Shown: positions 37,989 through 52,023 of the stretch, one piece after another
How positions within the stretch are numbered: the first letter of the stretch is position 1
Layout of the letters: each line of letters opens with the position of its first letter
From: Anaeramoeba ignava BMAN
Taxonomy: Eukaryota > Protista > Anaeramoebae
NCBI GenBank assembly: GCA_028826165.1
Contig: JAPDFW010000022.1
Location: 690,758-754,757 of the forward strand
DNA length: 64,000 nt
Reading direction: 5' to 3'
Program-made: the position numbers and the translations under genes
The notes under the pieces: model-generated
Seen by the model: the letters and a program-made list of their open reading frames with translations, nothing else
Database searches by the model: none
What the model was told of the DNA's origin: nothing

Positions 37989-40900
37989 ATGAATTCTGAT
38001 AAAAAAGTGAGCAAAAAAAAATTTTTTCCGTTTATTTCTTTATTTATTTATTTATCCAAAATCTTTTTGAATTAAATTAAAAATTTAAATTAAAAAAAAA
38101 TAAAAAAGAAACAAATTAAAAAAAAAGAAACAACATCAACATCAGAATCAACATCAAGATCATATACAGATAGTGATAGTCAAGATTCAAGATCATATAC
38201 ATATACAGACTCAGAAGATTCTGAATATGAATCATACAGCGGAAGTACAAATTCTTCCAATTCTGAAAATGAAGAAATTGAAGACAAAAAAATTCAAAAA
38301 CCAAAAACAACTGAAAATCAAGAACAAAAAACACCAACAAAAACAGAACAAACTCAAAAAAAACCGCAAAAAGAAACACGACCATTACCTCAACCAACCA
38401 AAAATATAAATAACGCTAATGCTCCCAATCAAAATAAACCCAAACCAGTTGCAAAAAACACTCAACCTCCAAAAAACTTTCCAAAACCAACAGAAAATTT
38501 AAACTCAAATGATAAGAAAAAACCGAAGCCATTGCCAAAGACAAAACCAAAACCTTTACCAAAAACACAACCGCAACCAAAAACACAAACCGAAATAAAA
38601 AACGAAGAAGTAAAAAAGAAAGAAATGATGATCAATACAAAAGAAGATCAAAAAAATATTTCGAAAGGAAATATCGTTGAAAAAAACAACAACCCACAAA
38701 TCAAGCCAATAACAACAAAGAAGCTTTCTGATAGGAGCATGGCTATTGCGGCCTTAATGCAAAATAAACCTCCTGCAATGGCGCCAAATATGAAGCGAGC
38801 TGTTGTACCTCAACAAACCGAAAATGCCAATAAAGATCAACAACAAAACGAAATTCTCAGCAAAAATTCTCAGCCTGAGCTTGTGCTTAATTTGGGTATT
38901 GAGTCCCTTTCTAACAAAGAAGAGTCAAAAAAGAATATTTCTTCAGAAAAAAAATCCAAATTGGATCAAGATAAAAAACAGAAAAAAAAACCCAATAAAA
39001 AGGCAAATACAAAAGAAGCTCCTAATTTATCAACAAATAATGATCCTTCGCTGAAATCTTCTGTTGTAATTAAGGGTAATAATCTTGATAATAATGCTCA
39101 AAGTTTGCTTTATAAGCAAATGGAAAATACAAAAAGATTGGATGTTCCTAAAAGAGCTGTAGGCAAAAAGGGAAGAAAGAGGCCTACAAGAGTTCAACCA
39201 AGAACTTTAAATGCAATTGATGTTGAAATTGTTTCTACTAAACAATCACAAAAATCCAAACAAAAATCCAAACAAAAATCAGAAAAACAATCCAAAAAAC
39301 AATCAAAAAAACAATCAGAAAAACAATCCAAAAAACAATCCAAAAAACAATCAAAAAAATCAGGTAAAAATTTGGAATATTCAATTAAATATTAAATATT
39401 AAATTAAATAATAATAAATAATAAATAAATATTAAATCTTCAATTAAATAATAAATATTAATATTCAAATAAATATTAAATTCAATTAAATATTAAATAT
39501 TAAATATTCATTTAAATATTCAAAATAAATATTCAAAATAAATATTCAATATTAAATTCAAATAAATAATATTAAATATTCAATTAAATATTAAATATTC
39601 AATTAAATATTCAATTAAAAGAAGAAGAACCTACACAAATCGCAAAGCAAATATTTACACCTAACATCCCTGAAGTAAAGAAAAATGAAGAAAACAATGG
39701 ACCATTTTTCGAAATCAAATTAGCACAATCACAAAAAATAAGCAAAGGAGCAAAGAAATATACAGTATATGAAACAGAGTTTCGCGAGACAGAAGATGGA
39801 AAGAAGAGATCAGTACCACGACGGTACAGCGACTTTCTATGGCTTCAGCACAGCTTAAGCGACGAGTGCGGTTCTTTTGTAATTCCCGTTGTGCCTGAGA
39901 AACAAATCCGCAACCGATTTTCCATAGAATTTATCGAGGCACGACGCAGAAGTCTTGAGAGATTCCTTGTACGCATCGTGAACCATCCGGTTCTTGCCAC
40001 AACAGAGTCTGTACGGCTTTTCTTCCAACAACAAGACTCAAGCGTTTTAAGAAAAATCAACATCCGAAAGTCGAAAAATTTTGCTCCCACTTTATTTACC
40101 AATTCTCTTAATGATTACCTACAAAACAACCCTTTGAAAGATGTGGAGTATCTTAATTTGAAGCAACATGAATTGGCGGATCTTGAAAAAGCAAAGTTAG
40201 CAATGACAAAAGTGTTTACAAGAGTGATCGACATCAAAACACAACAGGCAAAAATTTTCCGAGAAATTTCACAATGTTTACAAGTAACCATTCCGCTTGT
40301 TAAAGAGGGCCAAGATCTAGGGAAACTTTGGTTCAGCCTTCTGGACACTTTCGGGCTTTTAGGAGACCAATTCGATGCAAAAGCTCAACAAGAACTTGCA
40401 ATGGCTGAAGAACCTTTGAAAGAATTTGCTCGCCAAGTTCTCGGTTGCAAGACTGCATTGTCTAACTTCGATAAGCTTTCTGGTACTCTCACAAAAACCC
40501 ATCGCGATTACGAAGCAAAGAAACAGAAGTTTGCTCGTCTTGCAGGTCAAGGGCTTGGGGCGAAAGAGGACAAAGCGCAAAAAGACGCTCAAATTGCTGA
40601 GAAAAAATTGCAAACTACACAAGAAGAGTTCGACCAGATGAGCACAATCATGACCGCTGAGATGAAGCGGTTCGAACGCAATACAAATTCAAACTACAAA
40701 TCCCTTCTGTTGGATTATTCTATGACCCAATTCGCTTTCCAACGTAGTATTGTTGCTCTTTGGTCAAAATTTACTGATGAAAATATGTCTTTCCTCGATT
40801 TGGAACTTAAAAATCTCCCAGAAAATTTTGTTCTCCCAGAATTCCCTCTTGAAATCGCTGCTCTTAATGGTGATCTTCTTAAACCTAAACCTAAGAAAAA

Positions 40901-41000
40901 TCATTCAAATGGTCATCGATCTTCTCAAAATCAAAATCTTTCTCATAGCGACTCAGAATCCTCCTCTTTGGAAGACTCAGATGATAATAACCACATTTAA
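37989..41000 (+). CDS. PX-BAR sorting nexin with a long disordered N-terminus, 3 exons
   Basis: PX motifs RRYSDFLWL, IPVVPEK and FIEARRRSLERFLVRIVNHPVL, followed by a helical BAR-like region (EMKRFE...ALW). Introns 38007-38108 and 39364-39621. Confidence 0.88.
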
Positions 41001-41326
41001 CTTTCTTTTCTATTTGTTTTTTTCTCTTTCGTTATGTAGATCTCAGATGATAAAAATTATTCCTCTTTATTTACTTTTTTTTTTAATCCAAAAAAAATTT
41101 TTTTTTATTCCACTTTTTTTTTTTTTTTTTGCTTTTTTTTTGAATTAGAAAATTAACTCAAAAGAAAGTTTTTTTAAAAAGAAAAAGAAAAAGAAAAAGA
41201 AATTTTGGAAAGTTTTGATATTTTCTTTATTAATTTTTGATTTAAAAAAATTTGGAAAAAAGAAAAAGAAAAAAAGAAAAAGAAATTTGAGAAATGTTAA
41301 AGAAAATAAAAGAAAATTAATCAGCT

Positions 41327-42340
41327 TTAAAGTAAATCCAACATTTCAAGCATTTGTTCAAAACTTTTAAACATATTCTAAAAAAAAAAAAAAAAATTCC
41401 AAATTAAAAAAAATTCCCAAATAAAAATTTTTTTTTTTCTTTTTATTATTTTTATTTTTTTTACCTCAAATTCGGAAATTGTCATTTCAAAAGAATAAAC
41501 AGAAACAACATTATCTTGATTTGCTACTTTCATAAGAATAGAAACAAAAGCTTGTGAAAGATCAACACAATGAGAACTTTCAAAACTAACACCCAATTTC
41601 CATTGAAAATCAACAATTTTTCCAACAATTGGAATTCGAGATTTTTCAATTGATAATCTCTAAAAAAACAAAATAATTTAATCCAATTATTTACTCAAAA
41701 TTAATAAAAATATTCATTTCTATTCCATTAAATGTTTTCTAAACAAACCTTCTCTTTCCAAAAAGTTGCAAGAATTGTGTTTGTTTCTGATTTAATAAAT
41801 GTATTTTTGGAAAGAAATTGATAAAACTCTTGTTCTGTTAAATCTTCCTTTAATGCTGCTTCTCTGAAGAATTTAATCATAGATTTTTTGAGTAAAGTTT
41901 TTGGTAATAAAGTTTGTTGTTTTGTTTTTTTGTTTTTATATTGATTTTTTTTTTGATCATAAAGTGAGTAATTTAATTATGTTTTTTTTTAAAAAGAAAA
42001 TCACCTAAAAATCATTAAAATTGCATGAATTAAAGTTTTCACTTCATTTTCTTCTAAAGATACATTGTTTTTATTTAGTTCTTCTTGAATTTCATTGCAT
42101 TTTGGAATTGTTGATTTATATTGAATTGCTTGAATTGCTTGACTTGACTTGAAAAATTTATAAAAAAAATTATTATAAAAAAACAAATCAAAAAAAAAAA
42201 AATAAATTATAAACGAATAAATGAATGAAAAATTAAAAGCAAACAAGATGAAGTAAAATATTTTGAGGAATTTTATTAATTAAATAAATAGCTGTATCAA
42301 AACCGATTGGAAGTATTTGATTTTCTTTAAATAAACTCAT
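41327..42340 (-). CDS. COMM-domain protein (COMMD6-like), multi-exon
   Basis: C-terminal GKIVDFQWKLGVSFESSHCVDLSQAFVSILMKV...SFEMTISEF matches the COMM domain. ATG at 42340 and several short introns. Confidence 0.8.
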
Positions 42341-42422
42341 TTTAATTAAAATAGAAAAATGAAAAAAATGAAAAAAAAATTTAAATTTTTATTTTTTTAT
42401 TTTTTTATTTATTAAAAAAAAA

Positions 42423-44516
42423 ATGAATGATGATTTTATTGTTTTAACTGAATTTTCACAAAGAAAAGGTCCTGTAACTAGAATGACAATTCCTCCTCAA
42501 AGTTTAGATTTAAAAAGTTTTGCTATTCAAATTATGACAACAGATTATCAAAAAGAATTTGATGGAACTCCTGTTTCTGATACACAATTTGTTATTGCTT
42601 TTAATAGAAAATCGATGAAAAATTTTAATTGTGCTTTTGTAGTTTATTTCCCCATTTAAATTAAAATTAATTTATAAAATAAAATTAAAATTAATTTATA
42701 AAATTAAATTATAATTCATTTATAAAATTAAATTAAAATTTATTTATAAAATTAAATTAAAATTGAATTATAAAATTAAATTATAAAATTAATTTATAAA
42801 ATTGAATTAAAATTAAATTATAAAATTGAAATTAAAATTTATTTATAAAATTAATTTATAAAATTAAATTAAAATTTATAAAATAAAATTAATAAAAGGT
42901 AAATCATTTCACTCTTCTTGATATTCAAGCTCGTGGATTTGTTAGACCAATTTGTTTAAGTTTTGTTTCAAACGATATGACAAAAATAATGCAAAACCTC
43001 CCAAAAATGATGAAAGATTTTTCGGAAGTTACTCAAAAATTAAAACTAAATAATATCGCAATATTTATTCATGAAATCAATAAATATTTAATACAATTAG
43101 AAAAAACAAAAGAAAAAAAAGAAAAAGATCCAACAGTTGTACAAAAAGAAAAACAACACAATATTTTCAATGATAATTCATTCATCTATTCGTTTATATA
43201 AAAAAAAATAGGCAGAAAAATTTACATTGAAAACACTTCATGATTATTTTATTGATATGAAAAATTTAAAGGAAAAATTACTTAAATCATTGAAAAAAAA
43301 ACAATTTAAATATATACAAGAAAAATTACAAATATTGAATGAACAGGAAATGCATAATTCAAATGCAATTATTCTTATTGATGATAAAATCACAACTGTT
43401 CATCTCGATAGAGAATTAAGACCAATTCCATTAGTTTGTTTTCCTTCAGAATTTGAATTTACAAAATTTCAACTCAAATCAATTCATTCAAAATATTCTT
43501 CACAAAATTACAAGTTGATTCACGACAATCTGCTTTTCCCAAAAGTAAATCCAAAGTCTTCTTTATTAAAATTTGCAGGAATTCCTCTTGTAAATTTTAA
43601 TCAGAAAACTCATGATTTGGAAAATGAAGAAGTTGATTTTCTCACTCAAAATTATCTTAAAAATTGCAAATATAAAAAAATCAATCAAAATCTTTTATCT
43701 GAATATCTTTTTGTCACAGAAACAAAAATACCAAAAGAAATTTTTGCAGTTCAGCAAAAAGAAACACCAAATTTAACAGAAAAAACAAATGAGAAAAATA
43801 TAAATGAATTTTTCCGATCGCAAAATCCAAAAAAATCAAAATGGAAATCGATCCAAAAATATCAAAAACAAATTGGAAAAGTGATTTATAGTTTATTGAT
43901 AGGAAAACCGTTAGTTATTCGCTCTTCAAATGAGAAGAAATGCACGAAATTCATTGAAAGTATGAAATGCTTTATTCCAGGAGAAAAATTTTCAAATGAA
44001 AAAATAAATTGGATAATTTCCGATTTGGATTTAAAAATTTTATTATCTTCAAAAATTTGTGGAGTTTCAAATGAATTAAAAATTCCAAAAGAAATTCAAC
44101 AATTTATTTTTGAGTTTTCTTTAGAAACAAGTAGTTTTATTCCTGATTTTGAACTTCAAAGCAATTTAATTCAAAAAATTGTGAATTTTTTCATTTCAAA
44201 CAAAGAATATTCAATTGAAGAATCTTTTTTAACTTCAAAATTATTTGAAATTGCTTTAAATGCTTATTTATATTATCATATCACTTTTGATAAAGAAGGA
44301 GAACTACAAATTAAAAACCGTCTTGATAATCAAGTTCAAGATCAACACGAGAAAATTTTGACACATTTTTTTGATGGATCTGTTCTTCTTAAACATGATA
44401 AAAAAATTCTTAAATGTTTATCCATTTTTATTTCAAAACAACAACTTAATTTTTTTCGTCCAAATTTTCAAGAAAATGTATTTCAATTTCATTTAGATTT
44501 TTTACAAAATAATTAA
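42423..44516 (+). CDS. SMCR8: SMCR8 homolog (folliculin-like longin/DENN protein), 3 exons
   Basis: DFIVLTEFSQRKGP, FAIQIMTTDYQ, HFTLLDIQARGFVRPICLSFVS and IYSLLIGKPLVI match SMCR8 motifs. Introns 42639-42898 and about 43139-43211. Confidence 0.82.
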
Positions 44517-44690
44517 TTTGAAAAAATTTGAAAAAAAAAAAAATTTTTTTCTGATTTAATAAATAATCAAATATTAATTCACATTTTTATTTTCTTAAAG
44601 TTTTGTTTTCAGGCAAAAAAAAAAACACAAATTAAATTATTTTTTTAATTTTCATTTTTTTCATTTTTTTTTTTCATTCTCTTTTCTAAA

Positions 44691-47455
44691 ATGAATCAAA
44701 ACGATCAAAATCAAGAAGAAATATTTGCAACAATAAGTTCTACAGCTAAAAAACAATTAAACCAATTAGTTGTTCAATATTTTTCACAAGGAGGAGCAAA
44801 ATTTCTTGTAGAAATTTTAAAAAATCCAGAAGTTTCAACAGAAATTATTAAATCAGAATTAGATCAACAAAATGAAGAAAGACAATCAAACAGAATATTA
44901 GTTGTATCTACAGAACGTATTGGATTATTTTTAGGAGAAAATGAAGAATATTCGCTTCCTTATAATTCAGATTTAAATGTAAATTTTTTTTTCTTATTTT
45001 TAACAAATTTAGTTCAAGTCAATTTAATTAAGTTTTTTTCAAATAATATTAAATGCATGTTTTATTTGAATATCTCTTTTTATTGATTCGTAAACTTTGA
45101 TTTATGTTTTCAAATTGTAATTGATGATTTAGATTCTTATGGATGAATTTAATGCTAATGTTGTCAAATTGGTTATTTCTCCACAAAATTTAGCCTATTT
45201 AAAGCTTCCAAATCAATCTCAAAGATATATTTTGAAGAAATTGTTTGATATGTTTTATAATTATCGTGGAACTTATGTTGAAATGGTTCCTGTTCGTGGA
45301 GATATTATTGGAGGTAGTTATGATACAACAATTATAATATAAAATTCATTTATAAATTTAAAATTCATTTATAAAATTCAAATTCATTTATAAAATTCAA
45401 ATTAATTTATAAATTTAAAATTAATTCATAAAATTCAAATTAATTCATAAATTTAAAATTAATTTATAAAATTAAAATTAATTTATAAAATTAAAATTAA
45501 TTTATAAAATTAAAATTAAAATTCAAATTAAAATTAAAATTAAAATTAAAATTAAAATTAATATTCATTTATAAAATTCAAATTCATTTATAAAATTAAT
45601 ATTCATTTATAAAATTCAAATTAATTTATAAAATTAAAATTTATTTATAAAATTAAAATTCATTTATAAAATTCAAATTCATTTATAAAATTCAAATTAA
45701 TTTATAAAATTCAAATTAATTTATAAAATTCAAATTAATTTATAAAATTAAAATTCATTTATAAATTTAAAATTCATTTATAAAATTCAAATTAATTTAT
45801 AAAATTAAAATTCATTTATAAAATTCAAATTAATTTATAAAATTAAAATTCATTTATAAAATTAAAATTCATTTATAAAATTCAAATTAATTTATAAATT
45901 TAAATTAATTTATAAATTTAATATTAATTTATAAAATTCAAATTAATTTATAAAATTAAAATTCATTTATAAAATTCAAATTCATTTATAAAATTAAAAT
46001 TCATTTATAAAATTAAAATTAATTTATAAAATTCAAATTAATTTATAAAATTAAAATTAATTTATAAAATTAAAATTAATTTATAAAATTAAAATTCATT
46101 TATAAATTTAAAATTAATTTATAAAATTAAAATTAATTTATAAATTTAAAATTAATTTATAAATTTAAAATTGATTTATAAAATTAAAATTAATTTATAA
46201 AATTAAAATTAAAATTAAAATTAAAATTAAAATTAATATTCATTTATAAAATTAAAATTCATTTATAAAATTAAAATTAATATTAAAATTAATATTAAAA
46301 TTAAAATTAAAATTATAATAAAAATCAAAAGTCAAAGCGGAAAGTAGAGCTGTTATTAATAGATGTTTTGAAAAACGTTCTGCTACTTTTCAAGTTGAAT
46401 TAGAATATCAACTTAAAAACAGAAAGAAAATATCTGAATCTGGTGATAAAACAACTTTTCTTAGAATTGATCCAAATCAAATTGTTTTAGCTCAAATACA
46501 AAAAGATCCTATTTTATTTGATTGGGAAAATGATAATACTAAAGTATTAAAGAGATGATTTTGAAAATTAAAATTAAAATTAAAATCAAAATTAAACTTA
46601 AAATTAAAATTAAAATTAAAATTAAAATTAAAATTAAAATTAAAATTAAAATTAAAATTAAAATTAAAATTAAAATTAAAATTTAAATTAATATTAAAAT
46701 TAAAATTTAAATTAAAATTAAAATCAAAATTAAACTTAAATTAAAATTAAAATATAAATTAAAATTCATTTATAAAATTCAAATTCATTTATAAAATTAA
46801 AATTAAAATTCAAATTAAAATTAAAATTAAAATTAAAATTAAAATCAAAATTCATTTATAAAATTATTAAAATTAAAATTAAAATTAAAATTAAAATTCA
46901 TTTATAAAATTAAAATTAATATTAAAATTTATTTAGCTTTTTAAAGTTGCAGGAGAAAACAAAAAGTTACTTTTAGTTGACTATGTTTTAAAATGTTCTT
47001 CTGAAGTTACAAGAGAAATAATATTTCAATTATTTTATAAATTCTCATCAATAGCAATTAAAATTAATGAACCATCAGCAGAAAATGTATTCTCAGAAAA
47101 AGGAGGAACTTCATCACTTTTTTCAGAAATCAAATCTTCAGAATTTAATGCATTCGGTGATTTTTTTAATCCAGCAGAAGAAGATGAACTTGAATCTAAT
47201 GAACAAAATTTTAACCAAAATAGTTTTATTAATTTTGATTCTCGAAAATCTCATCCTTTTTTTGTTTCAGAAAAAATGGTTGAAGGTTTTGATGAAAAAG
47301 ATAATCCAAATTATGAAGCTTTTGATAGATCTTATATTAAATTTTTTGAACATTTTCCTTCTCCTTCTATTAAATTTTCTCAAACTGATTCTCAAAAGGA
47401 AAATCAACTTGATGGTTCAGATAGTGAAATTGACGATGATATTTTAAAAAAATAA
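44691..47455 (+). CDS. Hypothetical protein, 4 exons
   Basis: Coding-like blocks at about 44691-44978, 45133-45313, 46332/46338-46542 and 46938-47455, separated by GT-AG introns (two microsatellite-filled). No family recognised. Confidence 0.65.
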
Positions 47456-47672
47456 TTTTTCAATTAATTTTTTTCCCGAATTCCAAAAAAAAAAAAAAGA
47501 AAAAAATCTTTTTTTTGCTCTTCTTTTTAATTGAAAAAGAATTTAATTTTAATTTTAATTTTTCAAAAAACAAAAATGAAAAAACAAAAATCAAAAATCA
47601 AAAATCAAAAATCAAAATAATTTTCTTTTTGTTTTAATTGAAAAATTGTCCAAAAAAACAAAAATCAAAAAT

Positions 47673-50600
47673 TTAAATCATTTCTAAATTTATCCATTCA
47701 TCATCATTATTATCATCATTATTATTATTATTATCATTATCATTTTTATTTTTTTGATCAATTTGTTTTTTAGTTGGTTTTCTTTCAATTTTTTCAATTT
47801 CTATTTTTCTAGTTTCTATTTTTTGAGTTTGAGATTTATTTTTAATTTTAGGATTTGAGATTTCTTTATGAATATGATTTGAAAGATTTAAATGTGGATG
47901 ATGAATTTGATTATGATTATCAATTAAATGATGATTTTGGTTTAAATGTTGATTATTAGTTAAGTGATTTTGATTTGGAGGATTTGAATTTGAATGTTTT
48001 TCAATTAAAGATTTTTGGTTTGAATTCTTTTGTTTTTCTTCATAAGATTTTCCTCTTTGATGTGAAGAATGAATATGGTTTTGATTTTGATTTTGATTTT
48101 GATTTTGATTTTGAATATGGTTTTGATTTTTAATTTGATTTTGATTTTTAATATGATTTTGATTTTGATTTTGATTTTGAATTTGATTTTGATTATGAAT
48201 TTGATTTTGATTTTGATTTTTAATTTGATTTTGATTTTTAATTTGATTTTGATTTTGATTTTGATTTTGATTTTGATTTTGATTTTGATTTTGATTTTGA
48301 TTATGATTTTGATTTTTAATTTGATTTTGATTTTGATTTTTAATTTGATTTTGATTATGAATTTGATTTTGATTTTTAATTTGATTATGATTATGATTAT
48401 GATTTTCATTATGATTATGATTTTGATTTTCATTTTGATTTTCATTTTGATTTTCATTTTGATTTTCATTTTGATTTTCATTTTGATTTTCATTTTCATT
48501 TTGATTTTCATTATGATTTTGATTTTGATTTTGATTTTGATATGAATTTCCTTTTTTGTATGTAACATGTTTTAAATCAGACAAATTTTTTAATTGAGTA
48601 GTTTGAGTAAAATGTAGAGAATACTCATCATCAACTCTCATAAGCTTTCCAGAATCTTTTTTGGAAGAAAAAGAATCAACTGAATCACTTGACAAATTTT
48701 TTTGAGCCAAAAAAGAAAGATTGTCAATAGAAACTCTTAGGAAATTTGAGGGATCTTTTAAAAGATCACTTTGCTTCTTTTTGAAAGGATTAAGATCAAC
48801 AACAATAACAGAAATATTATCACTACTGCCTTTAGCAAAAGCAAAATTTTTGAGTTCTAAAGCAGCTTCATAAGGAGAATGAGCAGAATTTACAATATCA
48901 ACAGCTTCTTGATCAGAAACAACATCACAAACACCATCACAAACTAAAATCAAATTATCATCTTGAGGAGTGACATTAAAATAAGAAATATAAGGTTTTG
49001 GATAGACAAATGGCAAGTATTTTAAATCTCCAAGTGTTCGTGAAACTGCAAGTTCTCCAACAACTCTATCATTAAGAGAAACAAAACCTCCTAATTTTCT
49101 GATCCTTAATTTTTCTTCAGGAAGAAATGGTTTGTGGTCATAAGATACTCGAATAGCTTTTGAATTTCGAGACAATATTGCTCGTGAATCGCCAACATTT
49201 GCAATAAAGCATGTATTCTGTATAAATAGTGCTATAACTGCTGTTGTTCCACTTTCATCTTGATTGCTACGTAAATGTGTGTTAAATGAAGAAAAAATTA
49301 TTTTGAACATTGTTTTAATTGAAGAAACCATTTTTGGGTTAATATTTGAATCAGGAATTGAAGATTCTTGGTTTTCAATTAAATTTTCATTTGATTTTGA
49401 TTTTGATTTTTCATTTAAACTTTCACTTAAACTTTCACTAGATTCTGATTTTGATTCTGATTTTGATTTTGATTTTAATTTAGATTCTGATTTTGAATTT
49501 TGATTTTGATTTAGATTCTGATTTTGATTTTGATTTTAATTTTGATTTGGATTTTTCATTTATATCATCAAATGTTTTCTCAAATGCTGAATTTGGAAGA
49601 CTTTTAAAAATTTTTGATCGTTGAGATTTTGTTAAAGATTTCTTGTTCAATGGATAAGAACTTAAAAGAACCTCTTTGCCAGTCAAAATTTTTTGGATTG
49701 GATGACTCTGAATTCTTTGATAACGATTTTCGATTTGGGGGATAAGATTTTGTTCAGGTTGTTGAAGCTCTGGTAAATACTCTTGAATATAATAGAAGAT
49801 TGAGGAAGAGATGATTTCCGAGGCAAGAAGAGAAGAAGAATCACCGGAATGCCCATCATAAACAGCATAAAAATCGATATTTTTATATTTGCCAATTCCA
49901 GCTTGAATATCAATTGAATCTTCCATTTGCTTGCGTTTTCCGCGGATTTCTGAATAACCGACACGGAAGCGCAAAGATTGAGTATGCAAGACATGAGTGT
50001 CAATCATTTCTTTTGACGGGGAAATTAAAACATTGTTTATAAGAGGGAAGGATGCTTTTGGCTGATAGCTCACTGATGTTGAGTTGTTTGAAAGGATAAA
50101 GTTTGAGTTTTGAGAAAACTCAAGATCATCCCGAAGAAATTGGGATCTAGATTTTGTTTTGTTGAATTTATTCTTGAGAGTCTTAGCAAATTTGAGTGAG
50201 AGCTTGTTTCCTTCTATATGCAGTGTTTTCAGTTTTTCGAGATATTTTGCTGAGCTTAAATCAAGATTTTCAATTTTGTTATAAGATAATTTCAAGGTTT
50301 CCAAATTGGAAAGTTTTGCGAAACTGTTTTGCTCGATTGATTTGATTTGATTTCTAGAAAGATCAAGCTCCTTAAGGTTCGTCATTGAAAACCAATTTTT
50401 GTTGAATTTCTTCAATTTATTTCCTGAAAGATCAATTATCATTTTTTTGGGGAATATAAATTGATTAAGAAGAAATAATTCCTTTGGCAGAGATTGCAGA
50501 TGATTTCCTGAAAAATCGATATTCTTTAAATTATGCAAGTTGTGAATTGATTTGGGGATTTTTTTGAGAGTGTTACTGCTCGCGTTGAGCTTCTTAAGAT

Positions 50601-52023
50601 TTTTCATCCCAGAAAGATCATCTGGGAGCTTTGTTAATGAGCAACGCGAGATGTGGAGCTTCTTCAAGTTTTCCAATGATAATATTTTTTCTGGGAAAGT
50701 GTTCAATGGATTGCAAGAAATATTCAAGAATTGCAAGTTTTTGAGTTTGGAAAAGCTTTGGGGAAGATTATTGATGGAATTGCAAGTTAATGTGAGTTTG
50801 TTTAGCTGAGATAATTTGCCGAAATTTTTGGGTAAAGTTTTAAGGTTGTTTGAAGACAAATAAAGATTGCTGAGTTTTGTTAGTGAAGAAACGGAATCAG
50901 GCAGCTCTTGGATAAGATTACTTGAGAGGTTAAGGATGATAAGGGAAGTTAATTTGGAAATTTCTGAGGGAATCGCAACTATCTGGTTGTGTTGAAGATG
51001 CAAAAAATGGAGTTGGGAAACACCTGAGAAAAATTTTGATCCAAACGAGTCAATTTGGTTGTGGGATAAATTGAGTTCTGTCAGAGCTTTTGCAGACAAA
51101 ACAGCGCTCTTCAGTTTGTTGTTGTTCATTGAGAGGACAGTCAAGGAATGAAGCTTGCTTATTGACGATGGAATTTGTTCAAATTGGTTGTGGTTCAAGT
51201 GGAGATGAGTAAGCGAAGATGACAAGTGATTGAGATTTTCTGGGAGAGAACTCAAGCAGTTCTTATCAAGCATAATAGTCTTCAACTCAGGAATGCTCCC
51301 GATTTCTGGGGATATAGAGACAATCTTGTTGTCGTTGGCAAACAAATAATGCAATTTTTTAAGCATTCCAAATGAGTCGGGAATTTCTGTTAATTGATTG
51401 CTTGAAACATCTAAATACTGGAGATTTGAGAGTCCAGAAAACGTCGATGATTTCGGGAGCTCTTGAATCCAATTATTTGAAATATTGAGTGTAATTAAAT
51501 TTTCCAGTTGGGATAATGAAGTTCCCCATTCAGTGATGTTATTCACTTCTAAATGGAGATCTTTTAATGCTTTAAAATTTTCTAATGATTCGGGTATTTT
51601 TTCAAGTTTATTTCTGTGCAGATTCAAGAACGTGAGGTTTGGAAAATCTGCTTTTTGAAGGGAAGGAAACTGCTGTAATTGATTCAAACTGAGATCGATA
51701 TAGATAAGTTTTTTCAACTTACTAATTTTTTTTGGGATTTTTGATAAAAAATTTGCACTTAAATCAAGATACGCTAAATTTTTCAAAGAAAATAATGAAC
51801 TTGAAATTGTTTTTAATTGATTTTGATTCCAATGAAGAATTTGAAGTGATTTCTTGTTTTTGATAAATTTTGGTAATTTTTGTATTTTATTTCCTGTTAA
51901 AACTAATTTCTGTATTTGATCGTTTATTCCTGTTGAAGTTGAAATTTTTTCTAAATTTTGATTTGTAAAATTTACTTCATTTATTGAATCTGTTTTTTCT
52001 GTTAAAAAATGAGAAGGATGCAT
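47673..52023 (-). CDS. Leucine-rich-repeat plus PP2C phosphatase (PHLPP-like architecture) with an N/Q/H tail; 1-nt frameshift near 49494-49500
   Basis: More than 20 LxxLxLxxN repeats. PP2C motifs RKQMED, AVYDGHSG, SGTTA, ANVGDSRA, DHKP, LAVSRTLGD, CDGVCD and GSSDNIS are split across two ORFs joined within an (SK)n microsatellite. Confidence 0.9.

Noticed and set aside
37989-44516. Sorting nexin, COMMD and SMCR8 as a functional gene cluster
   Set aside because: Trafficking genes are numerous and the neighbours are unrelated housekeeping genes, so adjacency is not evidence of a cluster without conserved synteny.
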